NCBI GenBank assembly: GCA_937983075.1
Contig: CALKAQ010000008.1
Span: 554 to 64,553 of the forward strand
Length of the DNA stretch: 64,000 nt
From: an uncultured bacterium
GTDB lineage: Bacteria; Bacillota; Limnochordia; DTU080; JAAYLA01
Reading direction: 5' to 3'
The notes under the pieces are model-generated. The model did not search any database and was not told the origin of the DNA. It was given only the letters and a program-made list of their open reading frames with translations. How positions within the stretch are numbered: the first letter of the stretch is position 1; each line of letters begins with the position of its first letter. The position numbers and the translations under genes were made by a program. Positions 9,850 through 22,181 of the stretch are shown here, in pieces.

Positions 9850-10758
9850 ATGCTGCTGCACGCCCAGATTGAATCGAACAAGCGCAAAACGTGGCTGATT
9901 GCCGGAGGATTTCTGGTCTTTTTTGCGCTGGTTGGCGCCAGTGTCGGCTTGCTGTGGTTCGACAACCCCGTTGGCGGCATTGTTCTTGCCGTGATCTTCG
10001 GCGGCATCTACATTGCCATCATGATGGCCACGGGCACCAAAGTCGTCATGGCGATGAACAGCGCACGGGAAATTCGCTCGGAAGATGAAAACCCCTTCTT
10101 GTGGAACACCGTTGAGAGTCTGACCATCGCTGCCCGCTTGCCGATGCCGAAAATCTACATCATTGAAGATCCGAGCCCCAACGCATTTGCAGCCGGGATG
10201 TCACCCAAAAACGCCGCTGTCGCTGTCACAAGGGGTCTGCTTGACCGTTTGAACCGCCAAGAAATCGAAGCCGTGTTGGCTCACGAAGTGGCACATATCA
10301 AAAACTTCGACGTGCGCATTGCCACTACGGCCATTGCACTGGTTGCGGTCATCAGCGTTTTGAGCGACATGGTCATGCGCTCCATGTGGTACAGTTCCCT
10401 CGGACGGTCCCGCAACCGCAGAAACAGCAGACAGGATAACCATCCGGTCATGATGATCATCGCTTTGCTCGTTCTTGTCATCGCTCCGCTTGTCGCGGTG
10501 CTCATTCAGCTGGCGTTGTCACGCAACCGCGAATACTTGGCCGACGCAAGCGGTGCCGAGCTTTGCCGCAATCCTATGGCCTTGGCTTCGGCGCTGCGAA
10601 AAATCAGCGGCATCGACGAACCCGTACGTCGCATGGCACCATCGTGTGCTGCATTGTATTTCGCAGACCCGACCAAGAAAAAGCGCTCGAGAACAAACCT
10701 TTTCTCGACGCATCCCCCAGTCGAAGAAAGGATTCGGCGGCTCGAACAGATGATGTAA
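9850..10758 (+). CDS. htpX: Zinc metalloprotease HtpX (peptidase M48)
   Basis: HEVAHIKNFD (HExxH) motif and four TM segments. ATG at 9850 lies 5 nt after GGAGGA. The lemA–htpX pairing is common. Confidence 0.85.
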   Translation: MLLHAQIESNKRKTWLIAGGFLVFFALVGASVGLLWFDNPVGGIVLAVIFGGIYIAIMMATGTKVVMAMNSAREIRSEDENPFLWNTVESLTIAARLPMPKIYIIEDPSPNAFAAGMSPKNAAVAVTRGLLDRLNRQEIEAVLAHEVAHIKNFDVRIATTAIALVAVISVLSDMVMRSMWYSSLGRSRNRRNSRQDNHPVMMIIALLVLVIAPLVAVLIQLALSRNREYLADASGAELCRNPMALASALRKISGIDEPVRRMAPSCAALYFADPTKKKRSRTNLFSTHPPVEERIRRLEQMM

Positions 10759-10945
10759 TCCTCCGCAGCTGAAACCGCCACCGGCCCTCATGCCTTTTGC
10801 CTGGACAGTTGTCGCCAAGTTTTCCAACTGCCTCCGCGAATGACCGACTTCCTAAAGGGAACGAATAAAGGCGGAAACGTCAGTCAGCACATCCACTGTG
10901 TTCATCCCGGATGCAAGTGTCGCTGACGCAAGGGGAGGTTTTTCC

Positions 10946-11146
10946 ATGTCAACCGGTCTTTGGGTTGCACTGCTTGGTATCATTGTGTCGTACATCGGCT
11001 GGTCTGCGGTGCAGGGCGAGCTCGGTGCTGGAATCTTGGGTTTCGGTTTGGCGCACATTGTACTCGGGCTGTTGGATGCCGCCTTCAATCGTGCATCTAT
11101 CCATAACACCAATCGCAATGAAGTCAGCAACGAACATCACGAGTAA
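10946..11146 (+). CDS. Small two-TM membrane protein, function unknown
   Basis: 66 aa. AAGGGGAGG RBS sits 7 nt upstream of the ATG. Sequence is hydrophobic. Confidence 0.4.
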   Translation: MSTGLWVALLGIIVSYIGWSAVQGELGAGILGFGLAHIVLGLLDAAFNRASIHNTNRNEVSNEHHE

Positions 11147-11214
11147 AACAAAACCCCGGGGGTGCGCACTGCGTTTGGTTCCGCCAACCCTCGGGGATGA
11201 CTTGCGTCGAAACG

Positions 11215-12138
11215 TCAGCCGTTGTCCGCCTGGCTGTGAGCTGCGCCGACAAGCTGCTCGTACGGAATGCCTGTCTGCTCCACATATGCCTGCAGGCCCC
11301 GTACGACTTCCGGTGCAGCGTACGGCTGTGTGAAATTCGCCGTACCCACTGCAACCGCTTTCGCACCCGCCAGCACGAATTCAGCGGCGTCTTGCCATTG
11401 CATGATGCCGCCCATGCCTATGATAGGTACCGACACCGCCTCATACACTTGCCATACCATGCGCAAGGCGATGGGCTTAATCGCCGGGCCCGACAAACCG
11501 CCAAACGTATTGGCGAGCACCGGGCGCCGCCTGTGAATGTCGATCGCCATACCCAAAAACGTGTTGACAAGTGAAATGGCGTCAGCACCGGCTTCTTCCA
11601 CCGCCCGTGCCATTTCGGCGATATCGGTGACATTGGGCGACAGCTTTGGAATGACCGGACGGCTGCTCACTGCCTTCACGGCGGCCACAACTTCCGCCGC
11701 CGAGCGCGGATCGCTGCCGAACTGAATGCCGCCTTCTTTAATGTTCGGGCACGATATATTGATCTCGATCGCGTCGATGCCTTCGGCTTCTTCCAACCGC
11801 TGCGTCACACCGACATATTCTTCGATGCTGCGCCCGATGATGTTGACGAAGATGCGCGTATCATACTGACGCAAGAATGGCAAATCGTGCTTGAGGAAAT
11901 GATCGACGCCCGGGTTTTGCAAACCGATGGCGTTTAACATGCCTGCGTGGGTTTCAGCGATGCGCGGCACCGGGTTGCCTCGCCACGGTTCGAGCGATAC
12001 GCCCTTGACCATAATGCCGCCGATCAGCGAAAGATCGTAGAACTCACTGTATTCCCGCCCGTACCCAAACGTGCCCGAGGCGACGAGGACCGGATTGTTC
12101 AGCCGAATTCCGGCAAGCTCGATGGCGAGATCGCTCAT
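11215..12138 (-). CDS. pyrD: Dihydroorotate dehydrogenase (class 1B), catalytic subunit
   Basis: 308 aa from [28 protein letters not shown] active-site Cys motif. The start overlaps the pyrK stop. Confidence 0.9.
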   Translation of the reverse strand: MSDLAIELAGIRLNNPVLVASGTFGYGREYSEFYDLSLIGGIMVKGVSLEPWRGNPVPRIAETHAGMLNAIGLQNPGVDHFLKHDLPFLRQYDTRIFVNIIGRSIEEYVGVTQRLEEAEGIDAIEINISCPNIKEGGIQFGSDPRSAAEVVAAVKAVSSRPVIPKLSPNVTDIAEMARAVEEAGADAISLVNTFLGMAIDIHRRRPVLANTFGGLSGPAIKPIALRMVWQVYEAVSVPIIGMGGIMQWQDAAEFVLAGAKAVAVGTANFTQPYAAPEVVRGLQAYVEQTGIPYEQLVGAAHSQADNG

Positions 12139-12947
12139 CCGAAATATACCTCCTCCGCCGAAAAGACCGGCCCTTCCTTGCACACCCGCTGGTATTCGGT
12201 CGAACCGTCGCCGTTGCGAATGGGCACTACGCAGGACAGACATGCACCGACACCACAGCCCATCCATTCTTCCAATGCGAGTTGTGCCGGAACACCATAG
12301 CGTTTGGCCATCGAAGCAACCGCGGCAAGCATGGGATACGGTCCGCAGGCGTAAATGGCGTCGATTTCACCCGCTCGCAGCAAGGGCTCCAGTGCGTCCG
12401 TCACCAACCCTTGGCGCCCTAAACTGCCATCCACCGTAGTCACTTCCACCTGAATGCCGAGCTCCGCCATGTCGTTGTGGCAAATGGCCAGCCGTGCCTC
12501 GTTGAAACCGAGAATCGCCCGTACATCGCCATGATGGATGAGCACTTTTTGCGCCCAAAGAAACAGCGGAGGCACACCGACGCCGCCGCCGACCAATGCC
12601 GGGCGGCTGCCGGGCAGCAGCGAAAAACCTTTGCCCAAAGGTCCGATGATGTCGAGCTGATCGCCCTTCTGCAAACGAGAAAGGATGCGTGTTCCCCGGC
12701 CGACCGTCCGGTACAGCAAGCTGTACGATCCATCGGGAAACCGGCGATACAAGCTAAAAGGACGCCGCAGCAACGGATCGAAACGGTCCGCACCGGAGAC
12801 CGACACATTCATAAACTGGCCGGGCGCCGTCCGTTCAAAAACCGGATGCGGCTCCAAAATCAGTTCAAAATGTTCATCGGCGACAGCGTGCTGCGCTGCA
12901 ACGCGTACAACGAATTGTTCCGGCGGCAAGGCGCTCCCCTCCTTCAC
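12135..12947 (-). CDS. pyrK: Dihydroorotate dehydrogenase electron-transfer subunit (FAD/2Fe-2S)
   Basis: 270 aa. RRPFSL FAD motif and C-terminal CGVGACLSC cluster. The GTG start overlaps the carA TGA (GTGA). Confidence 0.9.
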   Translation of the reverse strand: MKEGSALPPEQFVVRVAAQHAVADEHFELILEPHPVFERTAPGQFMNVSVSGADRFDPLLRRPFSLYRRFPDGSYSLLYRTVGRGTRILSRLQKGDQLDIIGPLGKGFSLLPGSRPALVGGGVGVPPLFLWAQKVLIHHGDVRAILGFNEARLAICHNDMAELGIQVEVTTVDGSLGRQGLVTDALEPLLRAGEIDAIYACGPYPMLAAVASMAKRYGVPAQLALEEWMGCGVGACLSCVVPIRNGDGSTEYQRVCKEGPVFSAEEVYFG

Positions 12948-14032
12948 GCGTCGACACCCGTTGCCGCGAGCTGCTGGAGAAAACGATCGAATAAGTAAGT
13001 GGAATCTTCAGGTCCCGGCGCCGCTTCCGGATGATATTGGACCGAAAACACGGGCAAGTGGCGATGGCGCATGCCTTCGACGGTTCCGTCATTGAGATTC
13101 TTGTGCGTGACGATGACATCCGCCAGACTCGCCTCGTCAAATTCAACGGCAAAGCCGTGATTTTGCGAAGTGATGTACGCTCTGCCCGTCTCGATTTCTT
13201 GCACCGGATGATTGGCACCGCGATGGCCGTGCTTGAGCTTGTACGACCGAGCGCCGCACGCAAGCGACAACAGCTGGTGGCCGAGACCAATTCCCATGAT
13301 CGGCGCTTCTTTCATTAACACCCGGGCGAGGTCGATGCCGTAAGTGCAACGCTGCGGGTCTCCGGGGCCGCTGGAAAACAGGATGCCGTCGGGCCGTTCC
13401 GCCAGAATGTCTTCCGGCTTCGACGTAGCCGGAACCACGCGCACCCGGCAGCCGCGCTGCGCCAACGCACGCAAAATGCCCTCTTTCACCCCGAAGTCGA
13501 TGACCACCACATCCGGTCCGTTTCCGTCAGCGTACACGTATGCCTTTTCCGTGGTCACCTGGCTCACGAGATCTTCATCGGAAGGCAACGGGGTTGAGCG
13601 GGCGCGTTCGGCGAGCTCCTCGACGGAAACCTCCACGGAACTGATGATGCCCCGCATCGTACCGTGCTCCCGTAAATGCCGGCTGAGTGCTCGCGTGTCG
13701 ACACCGGCAATGCCGCACACGTCGTTTTCGACCAAAAATGCGTTCAGCAAATCGCGGGAGCGCCAATTACTCGGCGAAAAGCACAATTCACGGACAACGA
13801 TTCCGCGGGCGTGGATCCCCCTCGATTGGAAGTCATCGGCGTTGATGCCATAATTGCCGATCAATGGGTATGTCATCGTAATGATTGCGCCACTGCTGGA
13901 CGGATCGGTCAAAATTTCCTGATATCCGGTCATGCTGGTGTTGAATACAACTTCACCGTGGACCTCGCCGCGTTTGCCGATTGCCGTTCCATAGTAAGCC
14001 GATCCATCTTCCAACACTAAAACCGCTTTCAT
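12944..14032 (-). CDS. carA: Carbamoyl-phosphate synthase small (glutaminase) subunit homologue; catalytic Cys replaced by Gly
   Basis: 362 aa with full-length CarA similarity. His and Glu of the triad are present (HGHRGANHP, YHPEA). The nucleophile motif reads GIGLGHQ instead of GICLGHQ (codon GGT at 13286–13288). Confidence 0.85.
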   Translation of the reverse strand: MKAVLVLEDGSAYYGTAIGKRGEVHGEVVFNTSMTGYQEILTDPSSSGAIITMTYPLIGNYGINADDFQSRGIHARGIVVRELCFSPSNWRSRDLLNAFLVENDVCGIAGVDTRALSRHLREHGTMRGIISSVEVSVEELAERARSTPLPSDEDLVSQVTTEKAYVYADGNGPDVVVIDFGVKEGILRALAQRGCRVRVVPATSKPEDILAERPDGILFSSGPGDPQRCTYGIDLARVLMKEAPIMGIGLGHQLLSLACGARSYKLKHGHRGANHPVQEIETGRAYITSQNHGFAVEFDEASLADVIVTHKNLNDGTVEGMRHRHLPVFSVQYHPEAAPGPEDSTYLFDRFLQQLAATGVDA

Positions 14033-14072
14033 TGTCGCTCCCCCTCTTTGGGACTGCCAAAACTTCTTTCGT

Positions 14073-14999
14073 TCAGTTGCCCGCCGGACTCCGGCCCGCC
14101 CTTTGCAACGCTTCGTTCAATTGATCGCGAGCGGTACGCGCCGCCGCTGCTTGCGCTTCCCGGTAGTCGGCTCCCTGCCAACCGGCGTCTCGATAGGCGA
14201 AGATGACTTGTCGGGACGAGTTGACGACAGCGCCTAATCCGTTCTCATCAAAGGCGCCGACTACATCGTCCGCTGTTCCGCCTTGCGCCCCAAAACCCGG
14301 CACGAGAAAGACGGCATGCGGCATTGCCGTGCGCAGCTGCCTGAGCTGCTCGGGATACGTCGCGCCGACCACCGCCCCAGCCGGTCCGTAGCCCGATTCG
14401 CCAACCGGTGTACTCCACTGCTCGACGGCGGCAGCAACATGCTCATAGATGGGACGTCCGTCGGCCACCAAATCTTGAAACTGCCCCGAAGACGGATTCG
14501 ATGTCTTTACCAACACAAAGATGCCTTTGCCGTGTTCCCGGGCCAGCGCTAAAAACGGTGCAACCCCGTCTTCGCCCAGATACGCATTGACCGTCACCGC
14601 ATCAGCCGCCAACGGGCTCTCTTCGCCGAGAAACGCCGCAGCGTACGCCTCAGCGGTTGAACCGATGTCGTTGCGCTTTCCGTCGGCGACAACGAGAAGT
14701 CCGGCTTCCCGTGCGGCAGCCACGATGGTCTCATATGCACGCAATCCGTACGAACCGTACGGTTCAAAGTAGGCCAGCTGGGGCTTAACCGCCACCGCAT
14801 ACGGGGCCACCGCCTCGACGATGTCGCAGCCGAAGCGCTTCAACGCACGTTCCGCAATTTCCAGGGAGCTGCCCCCGGCTTCTTCGGCCGCGCGCAAAAC
14901 CTCCGGCGGCAACCAGTCGAGCCGCGGATCGATGCCTACCATCAGCACACTGTTTTTCTCACGGATGGCCGCAGCAAGGCGATCGGCGAAAGACTTCAT
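14073..14999 (-). CDS. pyrF: Orotidine-5'-phosphate decarboxylase, type 2 (long form)
   Basis: 308 aa. DGKRNDIGST motif of type-2 OMP decarboxylases. Confidence 0.8.
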   Translation of the reverse strand: MKSFADRLAAAIREKNSVLMVGIDPRLDWLPPEVLRAAEEAGGSSLEIAERALKRFGCDIVEAVAPYAVAVKPQLAYFEPYGSYGLRAYETIVAAAREAGLLVVADGKRNDIGSTAEAYAAAFLGEESPLAADAVTVNAYLGEDGVAPFLALAREHGKGIFVLVKTSNPSSGQFQDLVADGRPIYEHVAAAVEQWSTPVGESGYGPAGAVVGATYPEQLRQLRTAMPHAVFLVPGFGAQGGTADDVVGAFDENGLGAVVNSSRQVIFAYRDAGWQGADYREAQAAAARTARDQLNEALQRAGRSPAGN

Positions 15000-15002
15000 G
15001 GT

Positions 15003-16286
15003 TCATCGCTCCTGCTCATAACGAATCGTTCCGTCGACCACCGTAGCCACAATGGCCGCCCGGACAGGCCGACCGATGTACGGATGATTGGCCGCCAAAG
15101 ACGCCTGCTGATCTTGCTCCAGCGTCCAAGGCCGGCCCGGTTGGAGAATTGTCAGATTCGCCGGCTCCCCGACGGCGACGCGCGGCTCCGGCAAGCCGAG
15201 CACACGAGCCGGTCCGGCGGTCAGCCGCTCGACCAGCGTTGCCGCCGGCATCCGCCCCGATTCGACGAGCTCCGTCCAAAGAGCCGGCACCGCCGTTTCA
15301 AGACCCGCCGCGCCAAACGGCGCCTGATCGAATTCAACCAGCTTTTCTTCCGTCGTAAACGGCGTATGGTCCGTTACCACCGCATCAATGACGCCCGTCG
15401 CCAAGCCCTCGATGAGTGCTTCCCGATCAGCTTCGGTGCCAAGCGGCGGCCACACTTTGTAAGACGTGTCATAGTCGCCCAACACTGCGTCGGTTTCCAC
15501 AAGATGCAGCCAACTCACCTCGGCGGTCACCGGAATGTCTGCTTCCTTGGCCCAACGCACCCATTCGACCCCTTGGCGCGTGCTGACATGCTGCAGGTGG
15601 GCTCGTCCACCCGTCAGACGAGCGAGAAGGATCTCCCGGACAAGTGCGCTCGCTTCGGCTTCGGCAGGCATGCAGCGCAAACCGTAGATCGTCGCGTGAA
15701 CGCTTTCCCAAGCGCTCGCCCCGCCGGCCAGGCTGAGATCCATGGCATCCAAAAACAATGGGGTTCCCCATCGCTGCAAATAAATGAGTGCACGTCGCAC
15801 CAAGCCGCTGTCCGCGACCGGTTTCCCGTCGCCTAACGCGATCGCTCCCGCTTCAACGAGCTCGCCCCATTCCGTGGGCTCTTGACCTTGTCGCTGGCGC
15901 GTGAGCGCACCGACCGGAAGAACGCAGCAGGCCAGTTCGCTGCCGCGGCTTCGCAGTGCCCGCACGGCATCGGCGGTGTCACGAGCCGGCTCAGTGTCGG
16001 GCATGACGACGACCTTGGTGAAACCTCCGCGGACCGCTGCTTGCGTCAATGTATCGAGCCGTTCCCGCCTTTCATGCCCCGGTTCCCCTACGTGCGCATG
16101 CAAATCAATGAAGCCAGGCAGCACCCACGCCCCCGCAGCATCGACAACGGCATCGGCAGCGACATCGTTCAGCTCGGGTTCGATGCGGACAATGCTTCCG
16201 GCGTCGCACAAAATGTCGACGCGGTGCCCTTCCGCATGCTCACCTGCGGGATCGATGATACGTCCGCCTTTAATGAGTAAGCGCAT
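15003..16286 (-). CDS. pyrC: Dihydroorotase (type I)
   Basis: 427 aa. DLHAHVGEPG (HxH), TDHTP and EEK motifs are present. Several canonical active-site positions deviate (see findings). Confidence 0.8.
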   Translation of the reverse strand: MRLLIKGGRIIDPAGEHAEGHRVDILCDAGSIVRIEPELNDVAADAVVDAAGAWVLPGFIDLHAHVGEPGHERRERLDTLTQAAVRGGFTKVVVMPDTEPARDTADAVRALRSRGSELACCVLPVGALTRQRQGQEPTEWGELVEAGAIALGDGKPVADSGLVRRALIYLQRWGTPLFLDAMDLSLAGGASAWESVHATIYGLRCMPAEAEASALVREILLARLTGGRAHLQHVSTRQGVEWVRWAKEADIPVTAEVSWLHLVETDAVLGDYDTSYKVWPPLGTEADREALIEGLATGVIDAVVTDHTPFTTEEKLVEFDQAPFGAAGLETAVPALWTELVESGRMPAATLVERLTAGPARVLGLPEPRVAVGEPANLTILQPGRPWTLEQDQQASLAANHPYIGRPVRAAIVATVVDGTIRYEQER

Positions 16287-17211
16287 CGCCTTGACCTCCC
16301 GACAGCAAATACAACATGGCCATGCGAACAGCGACCCCGTTCGACACTTGTTCCCGCACGGCGCAGCGTGGGTCTTCCATCACTTCGGGCGTGATCTCGA
16401 CGCCCAAGTTCGCCGGGCCGGGGTGCAAAATGAGCACGTCAGGCCGGGCAACGCGCTGCAGGCGTTCCCTCGTGATGCCGAACAGTCGCTGATACTCACG
16501 CAATGAAGGAAACAGTCCGGGTTTCTGGCGTTCCAGCTGAATGCGAAGCACGTTGACAACGTCGGCACCGTCCAACGCGGCATCGAGATCGGTGTACACT
16601 TCGACGCCCAATTGATCCAAACCGGGTGGGATTAAAGTGGCCGGACCCGCTACCCGCACCTTCGCGCCGAGCTTCTGCAGTCCCCATATGTTCGACCGGG
16701 CGACGCGGCTATGTAAAATGTCTCCGACAATCGTCACGGTGAGACCTTCGATGGTGCCTTTGCGTTCACGGATGGTAAACAAGTCGAGCAAAGCTTGGGA
16801 GGGATGCTCATGAATGCCGTCACCGGCGTTGATGACACGAGCTTGTGTGGTGCGAGCCAACAAATGCGGCGCCCCGGCGGATTGGTGGCGAATGACGATG
16901 ATGTCCGCGCCCAGCGCCTGCATAGTCAGTGCGGTGTCGGTGAAACTTTCGCCTTTCGTTACGCTGCTCGTTGAGACGGAAAAGTTCAATACATCGGCGC
17001 TCATCCATTTGCCTGCCATCTCGAAACTCGCCCGTGTGCGAGTCGACGGTTCGTAGAACAAGTTGACGACAACCCGCCCACGCATCGTCGGCAGCTTTTT
17101 GACCGAACGGCTGAAAATTTGCTTGCAAGGCTTCGCCGTATCCAAAATCGCTAAGATTTCTTCGCGCGACATATCCCGAAGCCCCAGAATGTCTTTCCGG
17201 GTGAATTCCAC
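16270..17211 (-). CDS. pyrB: Aspartate carbamoyltransferase catalytic subunit
   Basis: 313 aa. STRTR, HPSQ and HPGP motifs. GTG start with GGGGAGGG RBS. The 3' end overlaps the pyrC start. Confidence 0.9.
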   Translation of the reverse strand: MEFTRKDILGLRDMSREEILAILDTAKPCKQIFSRSVKKLPTMRGRVVVNLFYEPSTRTRASFEMAGKWMSADVLNFSVSTSSVTKGESFTDTALTMQALGADIIVIRHQSAGAPHLLARTTQARVINAGDGIHEHPSQALLDLFTIRERKGTIEGLTVTIVGDILHSRVARSNIWGLQKLGAKVRVAGPATLIPPGLDQLGVEVYTDLDAALDGADVVNVLRIQLERQKPGLFPSLREYQRLFGITRERLQRVARPDVLILHPGPANLGVEITPEVMEDPRCAVREQVSNGVAVRMAMLYLLSGGQGDALTH

Positions 17212-17282
17212 ACGTTTCCCTCCCCAGACACGGTCACGGCACTTCTGACACGCTTGCGTACGCCTGTTACAATCCGCTGCAT

Positions 17283-18925
<1,643 letters not shown>

Positions 18926-18936
<11 letters not shown>

Positions 18937-19450
18937 GCCCGCTCGCCCCTTCGGCTTCGATTTCCCCCTCGATCTGGCGATCGTTTGTATCACGGGACGA
19001 AGGCGAAGGATCAAAAAGGGTCGTCCAAATGAGCAGTATGACGCCGAGCGTGATCGCTACATCTGCGATGTTGAAGACTGGAAACATCCGAAAGTCAAAA
19101 AAGTCGACAACATATCCGGTGCGCACACGATCGATCAAGTTGCCCATTGCACCGGCTATGCCTATGGTCACGGCCCATTGAAAGAGGCGGGATTCTTGCT
19201 GGATGCGCTTGCGGTAGACAATGGCGAGGCCGATCATCAAGACTGCTACAGCAATGAACAGCGGCCGTTGATAAGCAAAAAGCCCAAACGCAGCGCCCGG
19301 GTTTTGCACGTAGGTGATGTGGAACACGCCCGGTATGACAGGAATGGTCTCGTGCAGATGGAGCGAACTTGCAACCGTCCATTTGCTGAGCTGGTCGGCG
19401 ATGACAATCGCCAAAAAGATGAGCGCTTGACCCACGAAGAAGCCCCCCAT
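18926..19450 (-). CDS. lspA: Lipoprotein signal peptidase II
   Basis: 174-aa, 4-TM protein. Conserved NPGAAFG and FNIADVAI motifs. Confidence 0.9.
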
Positions 19451-19611
19451 GAACCGTGCCTACGTGGTATGCTGAAACGGCCTCATCGTATCATATGGCC
19501 TGCGGTTGAACAAGTGAAGGAGCGGGCAGCCGCGCCAGACGACCCGGCGGGATTCTGCGAACTCCGTATAAGTAAGCATTTAGGCGGCCTGATGGCCGCC
19601 ACCTGCATCCC

Positions 19612-19836
19612 TTAAACACTCTCCATCCCAATCACCAGCATCATGACCAGCGGCAACAGGATCAAGAAAATAGAGATGGCAAAGGGGAGCCATTCGCGGG
19701 ACCGCGCAGCAAAAAAGGCAGCGAAGACGAACGCAACCAAGTGTGCCGGCGAAATGACGAGGGACAAAAGCACCCCAACGATGATATAAATCCACGGGTT
19801 GCGCCAATCGAGCTGTTGTGCGCCCTCAGGCTTCAT
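19612..19836 (-). CDS. Small membrane protein (74 aa), unknown
   Basis: Two predicted TM helices. Lies between lspA and the low-GC insertion. No recognisable family. Confidence 0.35.
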   Translation of the reverse strand: MKPEGAQQLDWRNPWIYIIVGVLLSLVISPAHLVAFVFAAFFAARSREWLPFAISIFLILLPLVMMLVIGMESV

Positions 19837-19966
19837 AGCAGAACACCTCTGTCAAAAGCACTTTCTGGTACCAGCTTGGCGAATCTGTCAGTTAGTTTAG
19901 CTCAACTACAACAGAAATGAAACCTTGCATTACGGAAACATATTATAATGCCGGCCTGCCAACTCA

Positions 19967-20461
19967 TCATATCTCTCTTTTTACTTCCCGTGTCATTCCA
20001 AGTAGCCACTTCACTTGACTACCAACTTGTGGACAACGTCTTTTTCTGATTGCTAAAAAATAGCAACGTATCACAACGACCACCCATATTGCCTCAGCTG
20101 TTTCAATGGGCGTTGTTGAAGACGGAATTTTCAACCTTGGGATCCGTTTCGACAGTTTGCCAGAATATCCGCTACGACCGTTATTCAAACAAAGAGCCAC
20201 TCCACAGGCATTACACAAAAACCCATTAGCTTTAACAGTGACGACATGACCAAATGACAAGGTCCGGACGTGTATGCCGTTCCATTGCGCACCACCTTCC
20301 GCGCTAACGCCCGCGGTGAATGCATTTGCAGACTCAATGCGGAAACGAATATACGCATCCCCACTGAGTTGCGGGAATTTTTTCGGTACACCCGACAGCT
20401 GATCTATAGAAACGTTGTAACGTGAATTATTCCAGAGTATATTTCCTCTGTTTCCGCCCAA
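19967..20461 (-). pseudogene. Possible orphan gene fragment in low-GC DNA (beta-rich ORF, no start context)
   Basis: 164-aa frame within AT-rich sequence. The upstream end runs into the IS remnant. No RBS or start identified. Confidence 0.25.
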
Positions 20462-20880
20462 ATAAGCAGGCCGAGCGTTTCATTGTATTCAAAAAGAGAT
20501 TGATAACTAACTCTCGCTATGTCTTTGCCGTCGAGCTTGATCATCCGTTCTTCCCGTACTGTAATCGCCGGGCAGAACCCAATCCAATTCGCCTCATGTA
20601 CACCCCTCCACCTTTGTGAAGCCATTACGGGCGTCGGTTATGCGTATGGCTATCTCAAACTCACGCCATTTGCGTCGAGAGTATGGCCTCATCATCAACA
20701 AGAAAAAAGTCTATCGCTTATGCCATGAGCTGGGCATCTTAAGGCCTCAGCGCAGTCTAAAACCAAAATGTCGTCGCAGAATCGCTAGGAATCGGATCAT
20801 TATAGGCCCAAACCAGCTGTTTGAAACAGACATCAAGTCTGGGTACATTCATGGCAAAAGGTAAGTCAAGCCGAAAATAT
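20404..20880 (+). mobile_element. IS3-family transposase remnant (OrfB N-terminus only, truncated before DDE domain)
   Basis: …INKKKVYRLCHELGILRPQR…PNQLFETDIKSGYIHG matches the start of IS3/IS150 OrfB and then stops. GC is much lower than the flanking DNA. No inverted repeats or complete orfA were found. Confidence 0.65.
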
Positions 20881-20924
20881 GAGATCCAGCATAAACGTTA
20901 GGCAAAACGACCACGACTCAAGAC

Positions 20925-22181
20925 TTACCCAAAAATTTCACGATCGCATCCTGCCCCATCGAACCAGAATATGACGCCTGTACCGTGGGTACGCCAGTAA
21001 TAGACTGGAAGAACACTCCCGAGTCCTGCCTCAACTTTCGCAAGGCCGTTTCGTGCCAGCTCCAGCGTGACATTTCCGGTTATTCGCCCCGACCAGTCAT
21101 CAATGAGTTCATTGCTGACGTATGCGTATGCCAGGCTTGTAGGATTCGCAGTGGGATCAAACGGATCAGGTCCGCCTTGAACATAAAAGGTTTCAGACAT
21201 ACGCCACTCGTCCGCCAGGTAAGTGATCTCACCACCGGCATGGTCAAACATGAACGTATTGTCCGAGTAGATGCGAAAAACCGCATACGGCTGCCACGAA
21301 GCAAGGTGTTCCGCTCCGGATGTGACTCTGATTTCCGGGCCTCTGCATATCTGGAGATCGTACGGTCCGTGGTCGATGGTTTGACCTTCCAACCGATTGG
21401 CTCGTTGCCTCATTATCCGCTGCCTCATTTCGTCGACGGACTCAACGCCTGGGGTGACGACTTGCGAGATGTGCACTTGTTCTATGAGCAATGAACCGAC
21501 ATGACCGTCGACGTCTTCCACCCATAATTTACCTACATATGCACTTCCCGGATCAACGGATATCACACATGAAATGTCGGCACGGTGTATGTTGCAAAAC
21601 CCGGCATCGCTATGCACACTTGAAATTTCCACATCAAATTGAAATGCGAACTCGAAAGTCGTTTGATCGTGCTTATAAACGATGACCCTGTCAACCAATT
21701 GCGGGGCCAGCGCGACAGCAAGAACGCCGCTGCCAATTTCCGACGAGTTGCCCAGCGAATCCCAAACCGTCAACGTCCATTCCCATATGTTGTCGTGAAG
21801 GTCTGAATCAATGGAGTAAGCAGATTCCGCAAGCCCGGTCTTCACCACTTTGCGCTTCTCCAGATCATCATCGGAGACCATAAGCGGCAGGAATTCGATT
21901 TGCCATTTCGCTTGGGGCGAACCGATGGGACTGTGGTAATCCCATACAAATGTGACATTGGCTCCGCGAGCATAGCCTGTTTGATCGACGCCGATGACTT
22001 CAACCACACCCGTCGGAGCCGTTGCGTCCCGTTCGGCATCGGCGTTCTCCGTTATAAAGCGAGTAGAGCGCACTTCGTCGAACGAGAAGACCGCAGAGTT
22101 ATTCGCATCCGCTTCTGCGCTGATGATGGTTCCCGCGCAGACAATCAGAATCCCTAATGCCACGAACCCCAATCGCCTCAT
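20925..22181 (-). CDS. Secreted protein of unknown function (signal peptide; ~52–55% GC)
   Basis: Start MRRLGFVALGILIVCAGTIISAEA gives a signal peptide. 419 aa, beta-rich, with no recognisable catalytic motif. Confidence 0.6.
   Translation of the reverse strand: MRRLGFVALGILIVCAGTIISAEADANNSAVFSFDEVRSTRFITENADAERDATAPTGVVEVIGVDQTGYARGANVTFVWDYHSPIGSPQAKWQIEFLPLMVSDDDLEKRKVVKTGLAESAYSIDSDLHDNIWEWTLTVWDSLGNSSEIGSGVLAVALAPQLVDRVIVYKHDQTTFEFAFQFDVEISSVHSDAGFCNIHRADISCVISVDPGSAYVGKLWVEDVDGHVGSLLIEQVHISQVVTPGVESVDEMRQRIMRQRANRLEGQTIDHGPYDLQICRGPEIRVTSGAEHLASWQPYAVFRIYSDNTFMFDHAGGEITYLADEWRMSETFYVQGGPDPFDPTANPTSLAYAYVSNELIDDWSGRITGNVTLELARNGLAKVEAGLGSVLPVYYWRTHGTGVIFWFDGAGCDREIFG

Noticed and set aside
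17212-17282. Second PyrR attenuator between pyrR and pyrB
   Set aside because: The 70-nt spacer lacks a UCCAGAGAGG-type box. Only the leader upstream of pyrR carries one.
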